Virus record (IMG/VR): IMGVR_UViG_3300043108_000047
Location: 1-64,000 of that record
DNA: 64,000 nt
Origin: an uncultured virus (IMG/VR IMGVR_UViG_3300043108_000047)
Taxonomy: Duplodnaviria; Heunggongvirae; Uroviricota; Caudoviricetes
Strand: one strand, 5' to 3'
The translations under genes were made by a program, and so were the position numbers. Positions 30,403 through 39,687 of the stretch are shown here, one piece after another. The notes under the pieces were generated by a model. The model searched no databases and had not been told where the DNA came from. It saw nothing but the letters and a program-made list of their open reading frames with translations. Each line of letters opens with the position of its first letter. Within the stretch, counting starts at the first letter, position 1.

Positions 30403-30913
30403 TTTTGCACAAGCTTATACCCATCTTTTATGGGGTCATAGAGTATCTCTGACTTTAAATAATATTAAAAGAATATATTATCGTACAGCAGATGGAGATA
30501 TTATGTGTATTCCTAATAATAAAAAACATTTAGAATATAAAGTAAAATCTTTTAAAATTGATGCCATATCTTCTTATGAATGGGATCTGGAGAAAGATAA
30601 TAAATTTCTTATTACTACTAAATTGAATGGAGATGATCGATTTAGTCTGCATTATGCCGGATTTTCGGATTCGGAAATGACCGAAGAAGAACTTACTGAT
30701 AAATTAAATCTTTACCCAGACGAATTTTTAGAAGACTCTCATGAAGAATATGAAATGTATGAAGATTTAGAAGATGACGATTACGGAGTTGATATTATTG
30801 TTACCAAATTAACTCCTCAAGAATTAGAGGATTGCGATTATATGACTTGGTTTGATCATTTAAGTGCTTACGATCTGGATAACTTAACTTTTATAAGAGT
30901 TAATATTGGATAA
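30395..30913 (+). CDS. hypothetical protein, acidic C-terminal half
   Basis: 172-aa ORF. Confidence 0.7.
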   Translation: MFDFAQAYTHLLWGHRVSLTLNNIKRIYYRTADGDIMCIPNNKKHLEYKVKSFKIDAISSYEWDLEKDNKFLITTKLNGDDRFSLHYAGFSDSEMTEEELTDKLNLYPDEFLEDSHEEYEMYEDLEDDDYGVDIIVTKLTPQELEDCDYMTWFDHLSAYDLDNLTFIRVNIG

Positions 30914-30915
30914 AC

Positions 30916-31065
30916 ATGAAGAAAAAGAATTTTGTAACATTACAAAAGCATCGACAAGTTAAGAAACATTTAAAAAGAAAACAAGTAAATTCGATAAAAT
31001 CAATAATGAATAATTTAGATTTTATTATGGCACAATATTCATTGAAAAATGTTCTTTCGTATTAA
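30916..31065 (+). CDS. small basic protein (49 aa)
   Basis: MKKKNFVTLQKHRQVKKHLKRK...VLSY*. Confidence 0.5.
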   Translation: MKKKNFVTLQKHRQVKKHLKRKQVNSIKSIMNNLDFIMAQYSLKNVLSY

Positions 31066-31097
31066 ACCCAGACTCACTTATTTAAATTTCTGGTAAA

Positions 31098-31955
31098 ATG
31101 AAGAGCTTTAAAATTTCACAATTAATAACTGATAGACAAGATGCATCCTTGGGATTATATTTCAAGGATGTATCTAAGCAGTCTATGATAAATGCAGATA
31201 AAGAAGTAAGTCTTGCCAAACGTATAAAGCAAGGAGATAAGGAGGCTTTACAGGAATTAGTAAATGCCAATTTAAGATTTGCAATTTCAGTTGCCAAACA
31301 ATATCAAAATAAAGGACTACCTTTAGTAGATTTAATACAAGAGGCTAATATTGGTTTAATAAAAGCAGCCCAAAGTTATGATGAAACTAGAGGATTTAGA
31401 TTTATTTCTTATGCGGTTTGGTGGATAAGACAATCTATTATGCACGCTATATCGGATCAATGTAGAACGATACGTGTTCCAATGAATCAAATTGCTAATG
31501 TTAATAAAATAAATAAAGTAACTGCTAAATTTGAACAAGAGCATATTAGAAAACCCTCTCCAGAAGAATTAGAGGACTTGCTAGATATTCCTGTTTATGA
31601 TATTAATTTGGCAACAGCATCTTTTAATAGGTCTGTATCATTAGATACTCCTTTTAGTATGGATGAAGACGCAGGAAGTCTAGTAGATATTATTCCTAAT
31701 GAAAATGCAGAATCTACAGATTCCTCTTTAATAAAAGACGGAATATCTAAAGAATTGGAAGTAGTTTTATCTAAATTATCTTATAGAGAGCGAGATGTTC
31801 TTAGAATGTCTTATGGTTTAGGTATGCAAGCTATGCAACATGAAGAAATAGCTAGTAGATTTGGTATAGGATGTGAAAGAGTTCGTCAAATTCAACATGA
31901 AGCTATTAAAAAAATTAGAGATAGATATAGTGATTTATTAAAAGAATTATTATGA
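31098..31955 (+). CDS. rpoD: RNA polymerase sigma-70 factor resembling the Bacteroidetes primary sigma
   Basis: ANLRFAISVAKQY, DLIQEANIGLIKAA, RGFRFISYAVWWIRQSI, RTIRVP, ERVRQI; 285 aa, no region 1.1. Confidence 0.92.
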   Translation: MKSFKISQLITDRQDASLGLYFKDVSKQSMINADKEVSLAKRIKQGDKEALQELVNANLRFAISVAKQYQNKGLPLVDLIQEANIGLIKAAQSYDETRGFRFISYAVWWIRQSIMHAISDQCRTIRVPMNQIANVNKINKVTAKFEQEHIRKPSPEELEDLLDIPVYDINLATASFNRSVSLDTPFSMDEDAGSLVDIIPNENAESTDSSLIKDGISKELEVVLSKLSYRERDVLRMSYGLGMQAMQHEEIASRFGIGCERVRQIQHEAIKKIRDRYSDLLKELL

Positions 31956-32031
31956 TTAAAACTATATTAGCATTCCGAGAATCCCGAGGAAGAGAAATCG
32001 AAACTGCACCTTTAGAAGTATTTCAATTAAA

Positions 32032-33321
32032 ATGATTTATTTAGTAAGTAAAGATAAAAAACTATATTCTCCAGAAAGATATAGAGAAGTAGACTTTAAG
32101 GAGGCTATGGATATTTTATATCCTTTAAAAGAGGTACAATTAGATACAGAAACTAAAGGATTAGATTGTTTTACGAAGGAATTACTTACTTTGCAATTAG
32201 GGTGTACTGAAAATCAAGTTGTATTTGATTGGAGAACTATAAGTCCTTCTGAAAAGTCTATTTTAAAAGAATATCTAGAGTCTGATAGAGTGTTCTTGGG
32301 GCATAATATAATGTTTGATTTAACCTTTTTATATAAACAAAATATTTGGCCCAATCATGTTTATGATACTATGGTAGTAGAACAATTAATATATTTAGGG
32401 TATCCTAGAGTATTAGCTACCGAAATAGTACAGACATATGGAATTAAACCTTCTTGTTATGAATATATTGCTCCCGACGAAAAAACTAAAGAACATTGGG
32501 AATTATCTTATTCTTTACGAGCTACTGCAAAAAGAAGACTTGGAGTAGATATTGACAAAACTGTTCGAGGAAAAATTATAAATGAAGGTTTAACAGAAGA
32601 TGTTGTAGTATATGCTGCTGGGGATGTAATGTGGCTAGAGCCTATAAAAGAAAAGCAACTAGAAGAATTATCTACTCAAGATCTTTTAAAGGCTGCAGAA
32701 TTTGAATGTGAATTTATTAAATTTTTAGCATATGTAAAATTCTGTGGAGTTCATTTGGATATTTCTAAATGGAAAGAAAAAATGAAAAATGATCAAGCTT
32801 CTTTAAGAGAAGCTGAGTCACAATTAAATAAATTTGTTATAGATTTAGATGCTAAAGAATATTTATATAGATATGCTAAAAATAAAAAAGAAAAAGAAAA
32901 ATTAGTAGCATTAGGATTTATTCGATTTCCCGAAAAAGATGATTCTATGGAGTGTTACAGATATAAAATAAAAGGAAAATTTGTATCTATAAATTTACAA
33001 TTATCCTTATTTGAAGAATGTAATGACATAGGGCCACAATGCACTATAAATTGGAGTAGTTCTACTCAAGTTATAAAATTATTTGAACTTCTTGGGATAC
33101 AAGTTACAACTTTTGATAAAAAGACTAAAAAAGAAAAGAAGTCCATTAATGCTACGTTAATTAGTTCTCAAGTTGATAAATTTCCTATTCTTGCTATATT
33201 TTTAAAGTATCAAGCCGCCTCAAAAGTTGTATCTACTTATGGTCAAAACTGGTTAGACGCTATTAATCCAGTAACTGGAAGAATTCATGTTGATCTACAT
33301 TCTATTGGAACAGATACAGGT
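32032..33321 (+). CDS. polA: family A DNA polymerase, exon 1 (3'-5' exonuclease)
   Basis: LDTET, GHNIMFD, YDTM, YAAGDV; INWSSSTQV; ends GTDTG. Confidence 0.92.
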
Positions 33322-33402
33322 GAAAAATTTCCATAAATTACAATTTTTCTATTAATTTTATTTCTAAGGTATTAACTATTTTAATCTGTCCTAAATAATT
33401 AT

Positions 33403-33410
33403 TATATTTG
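33403..33410 (+). promoter_or_regulatory. -7 promoter box for intron endonuclease
   Basis: TATATTTG with TTTA about 19 nt upstream. Confidence 0.55.
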
Positions 33411-33442
33411 CATATAATAAATTTAAATTAAATATATGTATT

Positions 33443-34345
33443 ATGATTAAAAAATGGACTGAGTAGGAAATAGAAAATTTAGTATCTGAGTATAACTCAG
33501 GTAAAGATACTGGAGAATTAGCAGTTATGTTTAATTGTTCTAAGTATCAAATTAGAAATAAATTAAAAGATAAGGGGATTGTTTTAAGAAAAACTGCCCT
33601 TAATCGAACTTATAAATCGAAAGCTATTGTTCCGTTACAAGCATGGACAGATAAAATAGGCAGTCCAGAATTTGACTATTTTATTGGAATACTAGCCTCG
33701 GATGGTTGTATTGTTGATACTTGTACAGCTTTAGAAGTTAAAGATTTAGAATTAATAGAAAATTATAATAAATTTTTAGGTTTTCGATGTAATATTAATT
33801 CAAGAAAATCTAAAGTTAATGGCAATGTCTATTATAATATTAAGTATAAAAATAAAGAAATAGTTAACTTTTTATCTGAATATGGTATAGTGCCAAGAAA
33901 ATCTAACATACTAATGCTTCCATATATAAATTGGAATATATTATTAGGAATTTTTGATGGAGATGGTAGTATTACTAAAGATAAAAGATATGAGTGCTGT
34001 TTTAAATTTACTATTACTTCTGGAAGTATTAATTTTATTAATCAAGTTAAGAAGTTTTTAGAAAAAGAGAATATCTCTCCAAATATACAAGAATATAATA
34101 CAGATAGTGGACATTGGTATAATATATATGTAACTAAAGGTGAACATATATATAAAATATATTGTAATTTATATAAAGACTCCTCTTTCTTTCTGTCTAG
34201 AAAGAAAGAAAAATTCGGCCCCTTAGTAGAGAAATTTGCTAAGTGTAACTCCGTAAATTCAGTTAATGGGAGGGAAAACCAGAAGACTGAGCCAAGCCTT
34301 AATATTGAGGAAGGTGCAGAGACTAGAAACGGAGAACCTAAGTAA
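33443..34345 (+). CDS. LAGLIDADG homing endonuclease with in-frame TAG at codon 8
   Basis: MIKKWTE(TAG)EIENLVSEYNSGKDTGELAVMFNCS (HTH), YFIGILASDGC, LLGIFDGDGS; 300 aa. Confidence 0.85.
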
Positions 34346-34392
34346 TAAGTAATTGTTATAAGGTTGAGGTATAGTCCGGCATGGAAATGTTG

Positions 34393-35325
34393 CGAGTATC
34401 TAGTGGTGGTGGTCAGTATAAATTAAACCAACAGAATTTACCACATGATAAAATAACTAGAGCATGTTTTACTTCAGAAAAAGGTAATAAATGGATTTCT
34501 TGTGATTACCAAAGTCAAGAAAGTAGAATTATTGCATCTGTTTCTAAAGATAAAGCTATGGTAGAATTATTTGAATCTGGATGTGGAGATGTTCATAGTT
34601 TGGTTGCCTATATGTCTTATCCTAATATAATTCCCAGAGACACTAAAATAGAAGATATAAATGAACTATATCACGATCAAAGACAGGATGCAAAAGGAAT
34701 TGAGTTTTCAGTTAATTATGGCGGGGATGCTAAAACTATAGCTAATAATAAAGGTATTCCGTTGCGAGCTGCAGAAAAGATATATTCTGATTTTATGAGG
34801 GGTTTTCCAGGAGTAGCTCAATATCAAGAGTATTGTAGGCAAAATGTAATGGAAAAAGGATATATCTTAATGAACTCTATACTAAAGCATAGAGCCCATA
34901 TTTATGATGCAGATTGGATTATACAAATGCATGAGAAATGTAAAGATCCTGAATATTGGCAATATTATCAAGAAATGAAAATAGAATCTCCACATTGTGA
35001 CACTGTTAGAAATGTTAGTCATTATCTTAGTCGGAAATCAGACTGTGAAAAGCAATCCATAAACTACAGAATACAAAATCGTGGGGCCTGCGCTTTCAAA
35101 TTATCTGCAATTAAACTATTTAATTGGATAAAAGATAATAATTTACTTAATGTAGTCAAAATATGTGTAGTAGCACATGATGAATTTAATCTAGAGTGCC
35201 CAGAAGATATGGCAGAATATATTGGAGATATATTAGTCAAATGTATGATTGCAGGAGGAAAACCTTTTTGTCCGAATGTATTTTTAGGAGCTGATAAAAC
35301 TATAAGTGATCACTGGATTCATTAA
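34393..35325 (+). CDS. polA: family A DNA polymerase, exon 2
   Basis: RVSS...QNLP, motif A CDYQSQESR, motif B RQDAKGIEFSVNYG, motif C AHDE; spliced length 740 aa. Confidence 0.93.
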   Translation, partial: RVSSGGGQYKLNQQNLPHDKITRACFTSEKGNKWISCDYQSQESRIIASVSKDKAMVELFESGCGDVHSLVAYMSYPNIIPRDTKIEDINELYHDQRQDAKGIEFSVNYGGDAKTIANNKGIPLRAAEKIYSDFMRGFPGVAQYQEYCRQNVMEKGYILMNSILKHRAHIYDADWIIQMHEKCKDPEYWQYYQEMKIESPHCDTVRNVSHYLSRKSDCEKQSINYRIQNRGACAFKLSAIKLFNWIKDNNLLNVVKICVVAHDEFNLECPEDMAEYIGDILVKCMIAGGKPFCPNVFLGADKTISDHWIH

Positions 35326-35331
35326 AAATTT

Positions 35332-35424
35332 ATGTTAGCAAATCTTTTAATTATCTTTTTTATTATTATATTTATAAGTAGTATAATATTTTGGTTGATA
35401 ATAATTTTCAGTAATATATGGTAG
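35332..35424 (+). CDS. small membrane peptide (30 aa)
   Basis: MLANLLIIFFIIIFISSIIFWLIIIFSNIW, TAG stop. Confidence 0.45.
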   Translation: MLANLLIIFFIIIFISSIIFWLIIIFSNIW

Positions 35425-35573
35425 GATTGTTATCCGGGTATATAATCGTAGCTTTACTTATAACGGGAGATCTTCTTTATAGTATATATAAAGGAGAATA
35501 TCTTCAGTCTATAGGAACTTTCATTACAATATTAGTTTTATATATTTTAATAATTTTAATGTGCTTAACATGA
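35418..35573 (+). CDS. small two-TM membrane protein (51 aa)
   Basis: MVGLLSGYIIVALLITGDLLYSIYKGEYLQSIGTFITILVLYILIILMCLT*. Confidence 0.55.
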   Translation: MVGLLSGYIIVALLITGDLLYSIYKGEYLQSIGTFITILVLYILIILMCLT

Positions 35574-36112
35574 AATATACAATTGATAATCATACTTATG
35601 AAATAGATTTTAAACGCTGGGGAAATTCACTTTTCTCCTATATAAAGAATGGTTTATTTTTTAGTAGAAATATTTTATCCATACTTATTAGTCATCCTAC
35701 TGTATTCTACCTTGAAGAGCGTTCTGGATTTAAATTCAGTGTTTTATCTTTTATAGAAAGACTTGGATATAAGGATTCTCCTTATGAGGCTATCCTACAG
35801 GAATGGTATAAGGATTTTGAATTATACTTAGAAAATGAAATTCTAGATCGCACTAAAATTAAAATTGGCGATACAGTAGTTGTAAAACCTATACATAGTA
35901 GTGATACGTTTGATTACATAGGTAAAGTTACTAAAGTAGATTCTGAATCTAACTCGGTGCAAGTTGAAACCGCTTGGAATGAAATTGGAGAGGGTCAGAT
36001 GCTCTATTTATGGTATAATGTAGAAAGACTTCAAAAAATTCCTAAATATTGGACTAGAGAAGATATTATATTTAATAATGTAAAAAATATAGAGACTGAA
36101 AATGGCTACTAA
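35570..36112 (+). CDS. hypothetical protein with KOW/SH3-like C-terminal half
   Basis: ATGA-coupled start; IKIGDTVVV...GKVTKV. Confidence 0.65.
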   Translation: MKYTIDNHTYEIDFKRWGNSLFSYIKNGLFFSRNILSILISHPTVFYLEERSGFKFSVLSFIERLGYKDSPYEAILQEWYKDFELYLENEILDRTKIKIGDTVVVKPIHSSDTFDYIGKVTKVDSESNSVQVETAWNEIGEGQMLYLWYNVERLQKIPKYWTREDIIFNNVKNIETENGY

Positions 36113-36755
36113 TAAGCAATGGGCAGAATTAGAGGTAATTAAAGCTATTACATATAATAAATCAACTGATGCACATGCAGAAGATATTTATAAAATGGTT
36201 TTAAACGCATATGAAGAAATAACCGATAGCTTTATAATCGGCCCTTCTAGTTTTACAAAAGTTAGAATGGTTAATATATTGCGGCGGCTATTACTGCATT
36301 TACCATTAAGCCCTATTACAGAATCGGATTTTTGTGAGGATGATAAATTTATATCTCCTAGAGATGGTATAAAGTTTGAAACTCCCTGCATTAGAGATTA
36401 TCCCGTAACTAAATATGAGTATGAGGATGGTACTATAGAATACGAAGATTTTAAAAGAGCTATTTGTGTAAATATATCATATCCTGAAATAGAAGAACCT
36501 ATAAATTCAGTATTTAGGGATTGGTTAAATAAAAACTTTCCAATAACTTTACCCTATTTACCAAAGGTTGAAAAGTATAGACTTTATATTCAAAAGTTTG
36601 ATTATGCTGGTAAAGAATATGAACGAATATGTAGAATTATTACTCCAGAATTTGAATTAATCACCCCAGATTATGTGTGTAGTGCACGGGATTATCTGGG
36701 ACATATGGAAAGAATATCTAAATTTGATTTCTTAGAGGCTTGGCGCAAATCTTAA
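36102..36755 (+). CDS. hypothetical protein
   Basis: 217-aa ORF (LPLSPIT...FPITLPYLP). Confidence 0.75.
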   Translation: MATNKQWAELEVIKAITYNKSTDAHAEDIYKMVLNAYEEITDSFIIGPSSFTKVRMVNILRRLLLHLPLSPITESDFCEDDKFISPRDGIKFETPCIRDYPVTKYEYEDGTIEYEDFKRAICVNISYPEIEEPINSVFRDWLNKNFPITLPYLPKVEKYRLYIQKFDYAGKEYERICRIITPEFELITPDYVCSARDYLGHMERISKFDFLEAWRKS

Positions 36756-36807
36756 GGTTTTAAATGAATATTATTTACCTACTACAACAATTTAACAAAA
36801 CATAAAA

Positions 36808-36987
36808 ATGAACTTAAATAATTGTGATTTATTTGTTCCTGTTAATGACCCAAAAGGAATATTAATGACTAAAGAAGGTTTCTTAGAGAATTGTTTCTTT
36901 GTGGATAGTTCAATATTACAAAGCGAGTATGGTAATAAGGCTTACTTTGCAAGAGTTACATGGTTACAAGAACATAAAATAATTTAA
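36808..36987 (+). CDS. hypothetical protein (59 aa)
   Basis: MNLNNCDLFVPV...QEHKII*. Confidence 0.6.
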   Translation: MNLNNCDLFVPVNDPKGILMTKEGFLENCFFVDSSILQSEYGNKAYFARVTWLQEHKII

Positions 36988-36990
36988 ATT

Positions 36991-37395
36991 ATGATTGATT
37001 TTCAGAATAAATATGAAGGTTTAGAGGTTGAAAAGGTAATAGCTCAATATACCCAACCTGGAGATTGCTGTGAAGATGATGATAATTGGCAAACCATTCA
37101 ATTAGAAACTGAAAATAATGGAGTATCTCCTTTTATAAGAATAAGTTTGCCAGAAGGAGGTCACTGGTCTATTGATGGTATATCGGATATAAAAAGAATA
37201 CTTGATGATTTCAGCCAAAAGGTTAACTACAAAGAATCTTTTGTAGATGAACCGAAGTTAAAGGAAATAATTAAAGGTATAGAAGACTTGCTGCAAGAAG
37301 TGGTGGATAATGACAGTGCTACCCATAAACTTACTGATGAATCTATGCTTAATTATATGTGTAAAAAATTAGCAGAACTAATTGATGGAAAGTAA
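36991..37395 (+). CDS. hypothetical protein
   Basis: 134-aa ORF. Confidence 0.7.
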   Translation: MIDFQNKYEGLEVEKVIAQYTQPGDCCEDDDNWQTIQLETENNGVSPFIRISLPEGGHWSIDGISDIKRILDDFSQKVNYKESFVDEPKLKEIIKGIEDLLQEVVDNDSATHKLTDESMLNYMCKKLAELIDGK

Positions 37396-37564
37396 AATTT
37401 ATTTAACGGTAGCACAATTGGATGCAATTATTAAGCTTCATAAACAATTTCCTGATAAAGGTATTACTGTGGCAGACAAATTACTACCTGGAGTAGGAGC
37501 TATCACTACAGCTTCTGTGGACGATGACAAAGATTATGATATAACTGATATAGACTCATTTTAA
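37385..37564 (+). CDS. hypothetical protein
   Basis: ~59-aa ORF. Confidence 0.6.
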   Translation: MESKIYLTVAQLDAIIKLHKQFPDKGITVADKLLPGVGAITTASVDDDKDYDITDIDSF

Positions 37565-37566
37565 TT

Positions 37567-37812
37567 ATGTTATTTACTAAAAAAGAAGTAATCACTAAGG
37601 TTAGGGATTTAATTAGTACTATTATTTATCAAGAATACAAAGAGGCTGCTTTAGAAGCACTTGATTTAATTATAGATATTCAGGATGCTGATTATCCATT
37701 ACCTACAGAAATTCCAGATTGGAATATAGATCCAGAATTACTTAAAGATGTAAAACCTCAAAGTATCGGAGATGATATAGAAGCACAACGTAAAATGGAA
37801 ATTAAATTTTAA
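37567..37812 (+). CDS. hypothetical protein
   Basis: 81-aa ORF. Confidence 0.7.
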   Translation: MLFTKKEVITKVRDLISTIIYQEYKEAALEALDLIIDIQDADYPLPTEIPDWNIDPELLKDVKPQSIGDDIEAQRKMEIKF

Positions 37813-37814
37813 TT

Positions 37815-38042
37815 ATGTATAAAGGAATTCAAATAGATTTAACTATGTCTAGAACTCTGTATTTTGAGCAAAACGAAGGAGAATCTGATGAAGAATTTTT
37901 AGAAAGATATAAACAAGATATTCAAACTCCTAAGAATGTAATAAATACTTTAATGAAATTTTTACAATCTAGAGGTATTAGTATATCTGGAACTGATTTA
38001 GAGGGATGGGAAGTTAAAAATCAAGAATATAAAGTAGTATGA
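37815..38042 (+). CDS. hypothetical protein
   Basis: 75-aa ORF. Confidence 0.7.
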   Translation: MYKGIQIDLTMSRTLYFEQNEGESDEEFLERYKQDIQTPKNVINTLMKFLQSRGISISGTDLEGWEVKNQEYKVV

Positions 38043-38257
38043 ATAGATTTTTAATAACAGTTAATGATGATTTACATATTCTAGCCTATGGAAATAATAT
38101 TGTAGATCAAATTAAAAACGATGAAAAGTTTTGGGATATACTAGTAAACGAATATGATATAAATGACGGGACGATTACTGTTGCAAAAATATCTGAAAAA
38201 AGGTATCAGAAAGATACTGCGTATTATGACAGTCTTAAAGTTATCATCTATGGCTAA
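38039..38257 (+). CDS. hypothetical protein
   Basis: 72-aa ORF, ATGA overlap. Confidence 0.68.
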   Translation: MNRFLITVNDDLHILAYGNNIVDQIKNDEKFWDILVNEYDINDGTITVAKISEKRYQKDTAYYDSLKVIIYG

Positions 38258-38555
38258 TATATGTTATAATAAAATGTACTTTGAGTGCCCTCAAAAGGAC
38301 TTTAATAAATGGTCTGAAATATTTAAAAATATAGATGTTGACTTTATCTCAGCTACAGAAAATCCTTATGGATGGATAGAAGCAGAATTTGAATCACCTT
38401 GGGATTTTCCAGATAAAGTATTTAAAGAAATTATGCCTAATGGAATAAAGGATATTTACTTTAGATGTCTATCAGAAGAACCTGGATTTGATTACTTTGC
38501 CTGTAATGTCTATAAAAATGGTTATTGGCAGAAAGAACAATATTTTGAGGTATAA
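38250..38555 (+). CDS. DUF1281/YubB ferredoxin-like domain protein
   Basis: MANICYN start; EFESPWDFP and SEEPG resemble the family FxTAWxPP and EPG motifs. Confidence 0.55.
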   Translation: MANICYNKMYFECPQKDFNKWSEIFKNIDVDFISATENPYGWIEAEFESPWDFPDKVFKEIMPNGIKDIYFRCLSEEPGFDYFACNVYKNGYWQKEQYFEV

Positions 38556-38572
38556 ATTAAAATTGAATTATT

Positions 38573-38833
38573 ATGAAATCTGAAATTATAGTTGACTATT
38601 CTATCCTTGTTTATACATCCGCAAGTATTGATTTAGCTAAATTGGTTGATAGAATAACGAAAGAATTAAACAAAAATGGTACAGAAATAAGTAAAAAATC
38701 TATTATAAGTGAACTCGATAATAATGGTGATTTTTATTTAGCTGAAATTATAGAGAATTATTATGATATATCGGATGATGATTACTGTAATATTATTGAT
38801 ACCATTGTGAACTCTTTAAAAGAATACTTATGA
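38573..38833 (+). CDS. hypothetical protein
   Basis: 86-aa ORF. Confidence 0.68.
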   Translation: MKSEIIVDYSILVYTSASIDLAKLVDRITKELNKNGTEISKKSIISELDNNGDFYLAEIIENYYDISDDDYCNIIDTIVNSLKEYL

Positions 38834-39069
38834 AAATATGCGTTGATCAAAAAGAAACTATCTGGAATACTACCAAAATTAATATTATAGGAAAATGCTC
38901 AGTTGAAGATCTTAAAAAGATTGCAGAAAATTGTAAAACTATTTATGATTTAGAAATGGCTTTGTATAAATTAGATATTGATTTTGAAGTTGTAAATTCA
39001 GAGTATTTGTTTGATACCGCAGAAGTTTATGATAAAGGATATTCTTTTGAAGTAAGAGCTATTATATAA
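38830..39069 (+). CDS. hypothetical protein
   Basis: 79-aa ORF. Confidence 0.68.
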   Translation: MKICVDQKETIWNTTKINIIGKCSVEDLKKIAENCKTIYDLEMALYKLDIDFEVVNSEYLFDTAEVYDKGYSFEVRAII

Positions 39070-39071
39070 AA

Positions 39072-39164
39072 ATGGATACTGTATTGTTTCTTTTAGGATG
39101 TTTATTTGGAATGGTGGTACTTCCACTAATTGTAGTAATAATATTTTTAATTAAAGGTTGGTAA
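39072..39164 (+). CDS. small membrane peptide (30 aa)
   Basis: MDTVLFLLGCLFGMVVLPLIVVIIFLIKGW*. Confidence 0.55.
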   Translation: MDTVLFLLGCLFGMVVLPLIVVIIFLIKGW

Positions 39165-39316
39165 TGATAATATTTTGGGCAGTAGTTTATGCTGCATTAC
39201 GATATTTTCGGTATGTGAATATAGACGACTATAGAAAGAAAACTGCCGATTGGTTAGAATTTATGGTGTTATTTTGTTTAATTTTGGACATTTTGAAACT
39301 TTTTAATTTAGTATGA
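39164..39316 (+). CDS. small membrane protein (50 aa)
   Basis: TAATG and ATGA coupled; MIIFWAVVYAALRYF...LKLFNLV*. Confidence 0.55.
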   Translation: MIIFWAVVYAALRYFRYVNIDDYRKKTADWLEFMVLFCLILDILKLFNLV

Positions 39317-39687
39317 AAGAATCTGATTATTATCCAGCAGGGGCGTGGAATGACCCAGATGCTCCTTATAATTGGCATGAGCAACCTGAAATAGAACTTG
39401 AGGTTACAGTATCTTTAACTATTAGTAAAACTGTTAAAGTATGGGTAAATGATTATGAAACTAGTATAGAGGAGGATCCAGACGATAATACTGTGCATAC
39501 ATATTATGACTTTAGTAATTGTAATTTAGAGGAATATGTTCAGGAACAAATAGAACTACCTCATGAATTAGCAAAGGATTTAGAAAATAATCATTTAACT
39601 GAACGTGAAAAACGCTCAAAAATACAAGATTGTAAAGATTGGACTGTTGATGATGTTTGTTGTGTATTAGAAGACTATAATGTATGA
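39313..39687 (+). CDS. acidic hypothetical protein
   Basis: YPAGAWNDPDAPYN motif, 124 aa. Confidence 0.75.
   Translation: MKESDYYPAGAWNDPDAPYNWHEQPEIELEVTVSLTISKTVKVWVNDYETSIEEDPDDNTVHTYYDFSNCNLEEYVQEQIELPHELAKDLENNHLTEREKRSKIQDCKDWTVDDVCCVLEDYNV

Larger units (their letters stand above)
33322..34392 (+). mobile_element. group I intron with LAGLIDADG endonuclease in polA
   Basis: GGT|GAA pairs with TTCGGCC (34214-34220); R gcagagactag, S gaggtatagtcc; terminal G at 34392; splicing restores TG|RVSS. Confidence 0.9.
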
